DNA of 64,000 nucleotides from Macrostomum lignano (Eukaryota): the NCBI GenBank assembly GCA_002269645.1, contig NIVC01000867.1, forward strand, positions 1-64,000. Direction: 5' to 3'. A program made the position numbers and the translations under genes. Below are positions 37,995 through 50,370 of this stretch, piece by piece. The notes beneath the pieces are model-generated. The model did no database searches. It saw nothing but the letters and a program-made list of their open reading frames with translations, and was not told the DNA's origin. Every line of letters begins with the position of its first letter. Positions within the stretch are counted from its first letter, which is position 1.

Positions 37995-40030
37995 AGCGGT
38001 TGGTAGCGGAACTGATCGCCGAGCTGGTCGCGGCGCTGGTCGCGGCGCTGGTCGCGGCGCTGGTCGCGGCGCTGGTCGCGGCGCTAGTCGCGGCGCTGGT
38101 CGCGGCGCTGGTCGCGGCGCTGGTCGCGGCGCTGGTCGCGGCGCTGGTCGCGGCGCTGGTCGCGGCGCTGGTCGCGACGCTGGTCGCGGCGCTGGTCGCG
38201 ACGCTGGTCGCGGCGCTGGTCGCGGCGCTGGTCGCGGCGCTGGTCGCGGCGCTGGTCGCGGCGCTGGTCGCGGCGCTGGTCGCGGCGCTGGTCGCGGCGC
38301 TGGTCGCGGCGCTGGTCGCGGCGCTGGTCGCGGCTCTGATAGCGGCGCTAGTTGCGAAACTGCTACCGGCATTGATTGCGGCTCTGGTCGCGGCATTGAT
38401 CACCGAGCTGGTCGCGGCACTGATCACCAAACTGGTCGCGGCACTGATCACCAAACTGGTCGCGGCACTGATCACCGAGCTGGTCGCGGTTCTGATAGCG
38501 GCGCTAGTTGCGAAACTGCTACCAGCATTGATTGCGGCTCTGGTCGCGGCACTGATCGCCAAGCTGGTCGCGGCTCTGATCGCGGCACTGATCGCCAAGC
38601 TGGTCGCGGCACTGATCGCCAAGCTGGTCGCGGCACTGATCATCGAGCTGGTCGCGGCACTGATCACCAAGCTGGTCGCGGCACTGATCACCGAGCTGGT
38701 CGCGGCGCTGATCGCCAAGCTGGTCGCGGCACTGATCACCAAGCTGGTCGCGGCACTGATCACCGAGCTGGTCGCGGCACTGATCATCGAGCTGGTCGCG
38801 GCACTGATCACCAAGCTGGTCGCGACACTGATCACCGAGCTGGTCGCGGCGCTGGTCGCCAAGCTGGTCGCGGCGCTGGTAGCGGCGCTGGTCGCAGCGC
38901 AAACATTAGCATTAAACGTTGCTCCAAAACCGACGCTGATCGTGTCGACACTGCTAGAAATTCAAGTACCTCTAAGAGTGGGTCAGTTTTGACTCCAACC
39001 CGAAATGCATTTAATGATGATTCTATCCAGGCATCTAGCAGCGCCGTGGAAAATAAGCGTCGGTCAAATTGCACAGCTCCAAAGTATTTTCCAGTCGGTA
39101 AATATTTTAGAAGTAGTCGACCTGATGAAGAGCTTATTCGGAAACACCTACCAGGTGTACTGCTGGTAAACACGATTGTTGTGAAAGGTTACAGGGATTG
39201 GCCAGGACGTAATGAGCCCATTGATGTTTATCTAAATGGTATGTGTGCTGTATATCACGTCGTTATGGCAGTTGTTTTATTTCTGCGTCAGAATAATGCC
39301 GTAAGGGAGATGTTTAGGCTTCAATTCGGTGGCATTAGAATCGGCACATGCATTATCCGATTGGTCGATGCTGCATCATTGCCAGAAGCTGAGACTGTTT
39401 TGCTCGATGCCATTTTAGGCTCTAACTACAGACTGCAATTTTTAAACAAGTGTGTCTTCATGGACTCGCATTCTGTACATGTTGACCACTCTCAAGGTGA
39501 TGAACGTGAAGTAATCGAGCTAATGCTCTCGCCTATTCTCCAAAGCACTTTGCGAATGGCAGAGTGCTCCAACGGACACCGACACGAATTCGACTCGTTC
39601 AGATACGCGAAAGAATCACTGACGTTTCAAACAGAAGTCGAGAAGCGCACAATTGCAGACGTTATAGAGGCAGAATTTGTAAGACCGGAAGTTAAATTGT
39701 GCCCCTCCATCACTGAGCAGGGCACAGCGTGTCAAGAAGTTATGACAGTCGCTCCAAGACGGCCTTTTCCGTTGATTCTAATTTGGCCAGCGGTGGTTGG
39801 CACCGTAGATCACCTTCAACCTGAAGTCCATGCCGGCGAAGTGCAATTCGTTCTGGCGGGAATAACGTATTATGCAAACGACCACTATCAACTACGACTA
39901 CCGTTCAAGCATCACAACCAAGAAGTACCTGGTAGTCTACGACGACCGCATCAATGACAAAAATTGCCTTGGTCGAATTCCTGCAGGCGCAATTCCACAT
40001 AGCGCTGTTTATTTTTCTAGCGCCACGTAA
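37995..40030 (+). CDS. (GRGA)n/(GRGTDHQA)n-repeat protein with a C-terminal USP-like (papain-fold) cysteine protease domain; 5' exon unknown
   Basis: Frame 1 is open 37978-39957 and runs from the repeat into the 38989 ORF; TTGCAG acceptor at 37994. Motifs NGMCAV (Cys 39244), ECSNGH / LCP..C, FPLILI and FVLAGITYYANDHY. After a +1 shift near 39886: KYLVVYDDRIND..AVYF* (stop 40028-40030). The family call comes from motif recall, not from a search. Confidence 0.6.
38030..38900 (+). repeat. 12-bp (GGTCGCGGCGCT)n array grading into 24-bp units
   Basis: About 26 copies of the 12-mer (38030-38340), then GGTCGCGGCACTGATCACCAAGCT-type 24-mers and a duplicated longer block. Confidence 0.95.
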
Positions 40031-42517
40031 AACTTTAGCTTGTACTCGTATTAGCGCTATTTTGATATTTAGTCCGGTTTACACATTCTTGGGCATAACC
40101 TTGAATTTGGACACGGAGTTTAAAAAAATCAGGAGCAGTTTTAATTGATTTACAAGTCTAGTAAAAAAGTACCGTTTCTTAGTTGTCAGGTTATGTTATG
40201 CTCTCAGATTATTTTAATATGCTCGAGGAGTTGTCAATTGACAATTAGTGCGTATTATTATTGTTAGTCTTGATCTTATCCTTTTATTTCCTTTAGCTCT
40301 CACAGTGGGCTTTAAACCCAAGCCTGTCTTGCGGCTTCATTTAATTATCTATATTAGAGTCAAGTCATATCACACATGCAGTGCGCTGTGCTCTTTTTTA
40401 CCTTTGGACTAATTGCTCATGTTGGATCATGTTTTGAAAACTTTCTTGACGCGTTGTCTTGCCTAACACACAGAAGTACATGTACATACGTACGAGCACT
40501 ACCTACCTACCGTAATACAATTCCCATAGCTACATGCAAAAGTCTTAGTGTTAGGCAAGTACGAGCCTTTTGAATTTATTTTGCAACCGCAGTTTGTTTG
40601 CGTTGCTAACTGCCTTTCTATATCCTATCAGACGCCAAATTAGTCAATCTTTTTTCTCGCCGTTATCCTTTGCAAGTAGTTCGCTTTTTCTTTTCTTTTA
40701 ATTTTGAGACTTTTGTACTGTTCAGAAGCTTGAGTTTTACAGATGTACGTGTAAATTGAAAGGGTAATTATCACCACGTTTTTAGTATATAAGACAGACA
40801 AATCTTAGACATTTAGTATAGTTTGATATTTTCAACTTTTGTATATTAGAAGAAGATTGTGACTAGCCATCCGAGCCCTAAAAAAACAAATTGAAAAAAA
40901 ATGAATGAGTACCTTTAAGTTTTGCATCCACTATGAAAGGCAGCTATTTAGCCAGCAGAATATATTAATCAGATCCCTATGATCCCTACTTTGGCTCAAA
41001 CGTCTGAGCAACCTAAATTAGCCACAGAAGTTAGTAACTCCCTCTAGGATGGTTAAAACAATTTTTTATATATCCAGATATACGTCGTACTCTTATATTC
41101 AGTTGCCAATATCGAGGGCTCAGACTTTGTTTTTTTAAAATATACGTAAAATACAAGCGTATCTTCGACAATTTTTAATGTTCGTTTTAATTACATGCCT
41201 AAAATTTCTTGTCTCCATTTTCTTTTCTTAGGACAAAGCCCTCAACAAAAGCAAAAATTAGTGGCTAAATTTGAGAAGTAAATTAGATTGCAAAGCGGAC
41301 CGAAAGCAATGCAGTTCCCAGTCAATTACACACTACAAATCAACTACCGAATTCAGGCAGCGAGCGCCGAGTAGCTAGAATGAGTTGTGGCGGAAAAGTT
41401 CATATTTAAAGCCTAAATGTTTTTCATTAAATTAAGAGAGAGCCAATTCACTTTGGCTTGAAGGCTTTATTTGGCCGTCTTTTTGATCTTGTAGAGAGCC
41501 AGAGATTCTATCTAGATGCCCCCCATTGGGGGGCGAAAATTGCTAGTTTCTCTTCTAAATAAATAATGTCAAATTAGCCAGCAACCCAGAGGTCTGTTTT
41601 CGCATTCTCTCAACAAGAGAAAATCAATTGGGTCGTAACAATTCAATTACATGAGTTATCATAGCTCATTGATTTTGATTTATGAGTTATTATTATACTG
41701 TTTTATCAGTCTTCTCGCGCGGCAATACGAGCGTTGTTCTGCCAGTTGAATCGACACACTCAGTTCCAGAACCGTTTTTATGCATTTACTACTGTAGAAT
41801 TCAGTAATAAAAAGTAGATTATTAATAGTCGCTTTGCAAAATGTTGAAACATAACAAAATTGGAGAGCAACCCACCATGAAAATAATAATTGTGTTCATA
41901 CATGTACATATTTATTACATTTGTCTACGTATACATTATCAACGGCAAAAAACTATCAGATTGAAAACAGTAACGCTTATCCATTACACAAAAATACAGA
42001 TAAAACAGCCAGCCAGGGATAAAACAAACAGAAGATTAAATATACAGATACGGATAGATGAGTAATAGATCAGGATGACAAAATTTATCGCACATATAAC
42101 TTTGTTTATAATTAAGCCAGAAACACATGTAGGCAACACTGCTACATGTATTGCTGGCATGAGAGAGCCATTTTTCGTGTATAGATAGCTACTAGGCCTC
42201 ACGAGTGGGTCACGGCTGCATAAAATCCGTAAAAATACTTCAACTTACTGATTTTCTGTAAACTTTTCGGAACAAAATCCATCTAAGCTTAAGATGCTTT
42301 GGTGCATAAAGAATCAAATATTCAAATATTAAAAGGTCCTGCTAATATTTCTGGTCCGGTGATTACAAGCAGACGAGAAAGCAATGAGATATAAATTAGT
42401 CTTGAATAATGGAATTTAAATAAAGAAAATTATAAAGCAAAAATCAACTTGCACAACTCATAAACTCAAGTATTCGAATTCAGTTCAGTTAAAAAGAAGC
42501 GTTAGCTAGTCCGAAAA

Positions 42518-42812
42518 TCATTTTTTCTCTATTAATTTACATTCAGTTCTGCGGAGTTTCGTATTATTGGAACTTCTCAGAACTATGGCACTTTTTTCAC
42601 GGAATTTATTAGAATTTTCTCCTCGTCGTCTTTTTATCGGAGCTATTTCAATATCAGTCTCGGCCTCCCTTCGAGCAGTCTCCTCGGCCTGCCTTCGAAC
42701 CGTCTCCTCAGCTTCCATTCTACTTGACTCCTCTTCGATTGAAGCATCAGAAAAAACTTCATCATCCACGATATCCAGATCATTTTCAGATCGACACATC
42801 GAAGTAATATGC
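42518..42812 (-). CDS. Acidic, NLS-bearing exon/ORF of unknown function in the core of element #3
   Basis: TTTTCTCAG acceptor at 42813, then HITSMCRSENDLDIVDDEVFSDASIEEESSRMEAEETVRRQAEETARREAETDIEIAPIKRRR. Possible donor GAAT|GTAAAT near 42540. Confidence 0.4.
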
Positions 42813-45637
42813 CTGAGAAAAATTGCATTCTATCAGTGTGCAGCTTCTAGATAGCTCAATAGCAGGCTAGACTGATGTAAACACAAAAAACACAATCTAT
42901 TGTGTGTATTGTGTTTCTGGGTACAAATATAATTCCTAATGAGCATATTGGTCCCTGTAACTAAGAAAGAAGTAATATCCCTGAGAAAAATTGCATTCTA
43001 TCAGTGTGCAGCTTCTAGATAGCTCAATAGCAAAATAGACTGATGTAAACACAAAAAACACAATTTATTGTGTGTATTGTGTTTCTGGGTACAAATATAA
43101 TTCCTAATGAGCATATTGGTCCCTGTAACTAAGAAAGAAGTAATATCCCTGAGAAAAATTGCATTCTATCAGTGTGCAGCTTCTAGATAGCTCAATAGCA
43201 AAATAGACTGACGTAAACACAAAAAACACAATTTATTGTGTGTATTGTGTTTCTGGGTACAAATATAATTCCTAATGAGCATATTGGTCCCTGTAACTAA
43301 GAAAGAAGTAATATCCCTAAGAAAAATTGCATTCTTTCAGTGTGCAGCTTCTAGATAGCTCAATAGCAGGCTAGACAGATGTAAACACAAAAAACACAAT
43401 TTATTGTGTGTATTGTGTTTATGGGTACAAATATAATTCCTAATGAGCATATTGGTCCCTGTAACTAAGAAAGAAGTAATATCCCTGAGAAAAATTGCAT
43501 TCTTTCAGTGTGCAGCTTCTAGATAGCTCAATAGCAGGCTAGACTGATGTAAACACAAAAAAACACAATTTATTGTGTGTATTGTGTTGCTGGGTACAAA
43601 TATAATTCCTAATGAGCATATTGGTCCCTGTAACTAAGAAAGAAGTAATATCCCTGAGAAAAATTGCATTCTATCAGTGTGCAGCTTCTAGATAGCTCAA
43701 TAGCAAAATAGACTGATGTAAACACAAAAAACACAATTTATTGTGTGTATTGTGTTTCTGGGTACAAATATAATTCCTAATGAGCATATTGGTCCCTGTA
43801 ACTATGAAAGAAGTAATATCCCTGAGAAAAATTGCATTCTTTCAGTGTGCAGCTTCTAGATAGCTCAATAGCAGGCTAGACTGATGTAAACACAAAAAAC
43901 ACAATTTATTGTGTGTATTGTGTTGCTGGGTACAAATATAATTCCTAATGAGCATATTGGTCCCTGTAACTAAGAAAGAAGTAATATCCCTGAGAAAAAT
44001 TGCATTCTATCAGTGTGCAGCTTCTAGATAGCTCAATAGCAGGCTAGACTGATGTAAACACAAAAAACACAATTTATTGTGTGTATTGTGTTTCTGGGTA
44101 CAAATATAATTCCTAATGAGCATATTGGTCCCTGTAACTAAGAAAGAAGTAATATCCCTGAGAAAAATTGCATTCTATCAGTGTGCAGCTTCTAGATAGC
44201 TCAATAGCAAAATAGACTGATGTAAACACAAAAAACACAATTTATTGTGTGTATTGTGTTTCTGGGTACAAATATAATTCCTAATGAGCATATTGGTCCC
44301 TGTAACTAAGAAAGAAGTAATATCCCTAAGAAAAATTGCATTCTATCAGTGTGCAGCTTCTAGATAGCTCAATAGCAAAATAGACTAATGTAAACACAAA
44401 AACACAATTTATTGTGTGTATTGTGTTTCTGGGTACAAATATAATTCCTAATGAGCATATTGGTCCCTGTAACTAAGAAAGAAGTAATATCCCTGAGAAA
44501 AATTGCATTCTTTCAGTGTGCAGCTTCTAGATAGCTCAATAGCAGGCTAGACTGATGTAAACACAAAAAACACAATTTATTGTGTGTATTGTGTTTCTGG
44601 GTACAAATATAATTCCTAATGAGCATATTGGTCCCTGTAACTAAGAAAGAAGTAATATCCCTGAGAAAAATTGCATTCTTTCAGTGTGCAGCTTCTAGAT
44701 AGCTCAATAGCAGGCTAGACTGATGTAAATACAAAAAACACAATTTATTGTGTGTATTGTGTTGCTGGGTACAAATATAATTCCTAATGAGCATATTGGT
44801 CCCTGTAACTAAGAAAGAAGTAATATCCCTAAGAAAAATTGCATTCTATCAGTGTGCAGCTTCTAAATAGCTCAATAGCAGGCTAGACTGATGTAAACAC
44901 AAAAAAACACAATTTATTGTGTGTATTGTGTTGCTGGGTACAAATATAATTCCTAATGAGCATATTGGTCCCTGTAACTAAGAAAGAAGTAATATCCCTG
45001 AGAAAAATTGCATTCTATCAGTGTGCAGCTTCTAGATAGCTCAATAGCAGACTAGACTGATGTAAACACAAAAAACACAATTTATTGTGTGTATTGTGTT
45101 TCTGGGTACAAATATAATTCCTAATGAGCATATTGGTCCCTGTAACCAAGAAAGAAGTAATATCCCTGAGAAAAATTGCATTCTATCAGTGTGCAGCTTC
45201 TAGATAGCTCAATAGCAGGCTAGACTGATGTAAACACAAAAAACACAATTTATTGTGTGTATTGTGTTTCTGGGTACAAATATAATTCCTAATGAGCATA
45301 TTGGTCCCTGTAACTAAGAAAGAAGTAATATCCCTGAGAAAAATTGCATTCTTTCAGTGTGCAGCTTCTAGATAGCTCAATAGCAGGCTAGACTGATGTA
45401 AACACAAAAAACACAATTTATTGTGTGTATTGTGTTTCTGGGTACAAATATAATTCCTAATGAGCATATTGGTCCCTGTAACTAAGAAATAAGTAATATC
45501 CCTGAGAAAAATTGCATTCTATCAGTGTGCAGCTTCTAGATAGCTCAATAGCAAAATAGACTGATGTAAACACAAAAAACACAATTTATTGTGTGTATTG
45601 TGTTTCTGGGTACAAATATAATTCCTAATGAGCATTC
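42801..45637 (-). repeat. 168-bp satellite, about 17 copies (right arm)
   Basis: Period of 168 (GCATTC at 42825, 42993, 43161, ...). Reverse complement of 37214-37950. Confidence 0.95.
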
Positions 45638-47966
45638 AAGATTGGCAACCAATAAGTCTTCAGTGATCCTTTGTTGCATTGGTAATTCTAGTTTATAAGT
45701 TATGCCATTCCTATATTATAATGACAAAATAAGTTCTCACTGGCTACTGGAATTGAGGGGGAGCTACCAATCTTCCAGCATTGCTATTGGTTGTGATGGG
45801 TTGTAGAGTTAGATAAGGAGGAAACATCCCAAGATTAGTCACTAATAAGACAAATAAGTGGCCCAAAATGATTGCAAGTCAACCAGGGCAATTTTAACAA
45901 TATCTCATTGTTACTTTACAATTCAAATTGAATGCAAAAAATGAGGAGCCTGGCTCACTCACCCACCTGGCCTGCTCACCAGTTCTTCTCTTGCGGCCTT
46001 GTCCTGCTAGCTCTCCTCATCTTACCCCTCCTCAGTACCATCTAATAACATGACAAGCCAAATTCCTCCCCCTTAGCTCCCTCAAGTGTGGCGGTCTTGG
46101 TCCTATACCATATACCCCCTAAAGAGCCTGACAAAAACTTTTTGTTGCCCTTTGTTGCTATACATGCTACCATGTGACTCTGTCATAGCACTTTCACCTT
46201 GGTGTATCCTCCCATAGGAAATTCCTAGCTATGCCCCTGAAATTAGTCTCTAATTTTAATATATACAAATTTCAAAATGTTACTTATCTATTTAGCAATT
46301 ACAATTTTAAATTATTTTGTGTTATAATAAAGAATGCACAATATTAGAAAGCACGGAATTTTTTTTAATTTACAAAACTGAGCCATACTAATTCTTGGTA
46401 TATTCTAATTTTCAATTAGCAATTACAGTTAGAAAGAAGAAAAAGAATTTTAAGAGTAAAATTTATTATATATGGATGGATTATTATTATAGAAACATAT
46501 TTACAATGAAATCAAATATAAAAATATTTATTGACTAGTATTGGTAATTATAAGTAATTATATTGACATGGCCAGTGAAGGGTCAATATTATTACATGGT
46601 AATTGCTATTTTGCATAAAAGTAAATATACTATAGCCTATAGGTGCCTCCCTTAATTCAATTATAAAATTTAATGGAAACTATAGAATCTTAAATATTGT
46701 ATGTCTATATAATTTGACCAAATAGATGTATCGAAATAGAAGTTTTTACTTTAATATATTATATTAATACAGGCTTTAAAAAGTATGTGCACAAAAATAC
46801 CACAACACTTTGGCTTTGTCTTTGATGTGAGCAAGTGCCCTGCAACGTGCTAGCCATCTGCCGCCGCCTGCGCACGCAGTACTCAATACTCGTAGTTCGA
46901 ATTTTTTTAAAACTTTTTTTCGCTTTGCATTAAAATAAATAGCTTAAGAATCAACACAAAAGGGAATGCAAAAATGCTAATAAAAGTGATAAAATTTTAC
47001 TTTGATAGCTTTTGTAGAAGTAAAATTTACTATTTTTCGACTCAGGAAACGCACTTAATTTCCTTCACCGCGGAGTTCAGCGGCAGTCATTCACCACCGG
47101 AATTTAACAAAAACCGTTCTCCTGCAGTTCAGGAGCAACGCGCAACGCTGAAATTTTATGCGCACGTCGAAATCTGCCTATATTTTGCTTTGAAATATTG
47201 CATGATAGGTTTTCAGCTCTCTGGAAGGATTTATTGGGTTCACCGCCGGTTTCACCCCCCAAAAAATAAAAAAAATCGCCCTCCTGATGTCCAGGGGCAA
47301 CGCGCAGAGCCAAAAATCTAGGCGCATCTCTAGTTTTACTTGCGCTATCGATTATATATATTTCCAACCCTTAAAAATAAAGTTAAAAATCCGGTGAACC
47401 CAACAGCCGGTGAATTCAGTAGTTAGTATCTTAACAAGCAAACCTAATTTTGCCTCAGCCTACCTACCTATAAATATTGTGTTGTGTTTTTGGCCAAACC
47501 AAAAGGCTTGTCAAATCAAGTTCATAAAGTGGAGCCTGTTCCTTAGTAACCTATGATGCTATGTACGCAAATGATGTCATTCTGCTTACAATGACATTAG
47601 AAAGCTGGGTTGGAAAAAAGCAATAAAAATTGGACTTTAAATAGGGGAAAACAAGCAAGGGGATAATAGAGACTTTATTTTATAAGCTTAAGTTGGCCTT
47701 TTATATTGTTAGGCCTTAATTTAATAATGTAGACTATTGACTAGACCTAGGCTATCTAATAAGATATGATTTACAAAATTATTTATATTTATAATGACAT
47801 ACATGATACATATTAATGTTAATAGTTAGGCCCTAACTTTATTTAATCTAATCTTTGGCCAAAATTCATATTTTCTAAAATTAGTCTAGTGTACTATTAA
47901 TTAGGAATTTAAGAGGTTAGTTTATAGAATTTTTTTGCATTTTTAGGCCTATAATTTTATAATGAC
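42801..47966 (-). repeat. Right arm of the long inverted repeat
   Basis: Mirror of 34881-37950, longer only because it has more satellite units. Confidence 0.92.
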
Positions 47967-49789
47967 TTAAAATGATTTTAAAATGATAAATTTGAATAAT
48001 CGTTAGGCCTAAAGACAGTTGACCACAGACCTCTATCATCTTATAAATATAAGGTCATACAATATTATACCACACAATGTACAGAGATCAAATGCAGAAT
48101 TAATTATTTAGCTATTTCTGTCACTATTAATCGGTATAAATTTAAGTTTATTGTCAAAAGAAACAGTTCGTATTTTGCTACTTCGATCAAGAAAATTTTA
48201 CTATCCATCGTATAACAAACGAGCAAATAACCTTCGTGTAGAAATAAAGGATAGTTCAGCTCAACTAGTTTAAAAATTCATAAAAAAGTTATTCCGAATT
48301 AAGTAAGGATATAAGATCTTCTATAGCATATCAAATAATTTTTGAAAAAAAGCCTACGTCGCAAGATGACGTCGCCCCGACTAAAACAGTGCAACCAATA
48401 TTTGCCCGCGACGATGGCGACCAATGGCGACTTCATAGCGACGTCGAGGCGACGTACTGCCTTGCTTGGGTACAGCATACCGTATTAGTGCAATGTTTAA
48501 TTCTCGTCTAAAGTCGAATTTTTAAGATTTTTAAGATCATTTTTAAGACAAAGAGTTCTCCGCAAAAATGTATCCTGAGTTTTAGGATGTACGAGCGTAC
48601 TACGGGTGTTTTTATGACAATACTCCAGTGTGCACTTGTTCTGAACGGTTTTGAGCAATAGGAAACGAACTTTAAAGAGCTAATATGGCATCAGAACTAT
48701 AATAGTGAACAATAGTTTTAATTGTTCGCATGCAAAGTGGTACTTTCAAATTTTGTTAGCCCACGTATTAGTGAAGTGCTTGCGTGTTCACTTGAATGCT
48801 GATTTCGAGTGTAATATCCGTCCGCAAAGTCTCTATTATACAGTCACGGTCCTATGCAGACAGTGTGTATCGCTAGAAAATGGATTCACGGGTAAATCAT
48901 TCAAGCAGGATATAACAATTCTATTGCATTATTTTTCAGCACGGAGCATTGATTGTTCAGAAACTTTTTTTGACCGTGGGAACATTTCTCTTGTCAGCAA
49001 TAGTTCAAGCTCAGTCGGGTACAAGTTCACTTGACTCTAATAAAAACAGAGTCTACTCGTGCATACAGTTGGTCTGGGAAGCTGCAAGTGCCATACATGG
49101 CTTGATTGCTATCAAAGCAGCAATTTCACTTTGTTGACTGAATGGCTACAGCTGGATCTGCATACGTTGCAAGGCTCTTGAGAGTTTCAAGGGTCGCCTT
49201 TCTCAACTCCTAAACTTATTTCAGAGTAGGAAACAGTTAATAGCAAAAGAGAATAGCCTTAAAAATGAAAATAATACGCAATTTTGTGAAAGCGATTGTC
49301 TAATTAAACAGAAAACGTGTGTCATCCAAAATTATTCAACGCAAGGACTACTAAAGTAGAAAGACACGTCTCGAAATCTATGGAAATATTTTGAAGCTTT
49401 GAAGGATAACAAAATTATTGCTTTGGATAGGATGCAGACCCAATGTTCACCTGTCCTTTTGATATGATGTGCCTCTCTTATATAACTCTATTGATATCTT
49501 ATGAAACTAAGTTCAAGTAGTCTCTGATTGATATTCAAACTGAATTATTTCACTAAATTTGCTTAAATTACTACTATTAGTAGAAATGCATCTTTACAGT
49601 AGCCATATTTTTCCTTTGGAAAAATTCACTAGCTCAACTGGTGAAAAAAATCTTGTAATGTAAATATTTTATTCCTTTTGCTCAATTTTGCTCTAAGCAA
49701 AAACATACCTGAATTTAGTGAAGCGGTTGGAATCGATAACTTGTTAGACAAATCGATTGGGAACACAACAACAGAATACGCGTTCAGCG

Positions 49790-50370
49790 TCACAGGGTGC
49801 ACCTCAAGGCCAGGTCGCGAACGAATGCAACGCCGCCGGCCGAATCCGGGGCGCCGGCATCAGCCAGCAGGCAGTCGACGAAACGCCGAGTGCGCGCCTG
49901 CCCCCGCCGCCGGTAAGGTGCCTGCAGCGTTAGCAGCAGCACCTCCTGCACCGGCTGTGGGCGGTACAACTCGGTGCAGATGATGTGGCGTGCTAGCTGG
50001 AGTCGCCGACGGCGCAACAGGTCGCTTGGACGGACCAGGCCGGCGCGGCGATACAAAGCCGCGTTGGTTACTCGGCCACTCGCTCGTGACCGATTTTGAA
50101 GGCGGCGCGCAGCAGGCCAGCGTGCGCCGCGTCAACTTGTTGCTCGGGCGACTCCGTCAGCGTCCAAGTCTTGGCGTTGTACAGCAGGACGATCTCAATA
50201 TCGGCTGGAAAAACGCCGCCTTCTGGCGGTCAGGTAAGGCCTCGGACTGCAGGACTGCCCTCACAGACGAAAGGCAGCCCAGGCAAGTCCGCGGCGATGC
50301 CGCAAATCCTCGCGGACGCCGGGAACCAGACCAGCGCGGAAACACGACGGTTTCTGCATGTTGACGCCAG
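49790..50370 (-). mobile_element. 5'-truncated RTE-like non-LTR retrotransposon 3' end
   Basis: DLRHRRGLAWAAF, LPDRQKAAFFQ, VLLYNAKTWTL, VDAAHAGLLRAAF and LYRRAGLVRPSDLLRRRRLQLA..TL* appear across frameshifts. This is a typical C-terminal region of a LINE RT. Confidence 0.8.

Larger units (their letters stand above)
33383..48470. mobile_element. 15.1-kb CMC/EnSpm-like composite element #3 with long internal inverted arms and protein cargo
   Basis: Termini CCCAGTCAAAGCAATGCCGTTGCCTCGACGTCGCTA / reverse complement CCCAAGCAAGGCAGTACGTCGCCTCGACGTCGCTA, TSD TA, GCGACGTCGC subterminal repeats. The empty site TTCTTTA|CAGCATTCCGTATT is seen in the paralog at about 4800-4820. Confidence 0.85.

Noticed and set aside
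37964-38992. (VAAL)n, (ATSA)n and (PAPR)n ORFs as membrane or mucin proteins
   Set aside because: They are alternative frames of a stop-poor 12-bp repeat. Only the GRGA frame has a splice acceptor and continues into non-repetitive coding sequence.
42801-45637. CRISPR-like array
   Set aside because: Contiguous 168-bp tandem units with no unique spacers, in a eukaryotic context with no cas genes.
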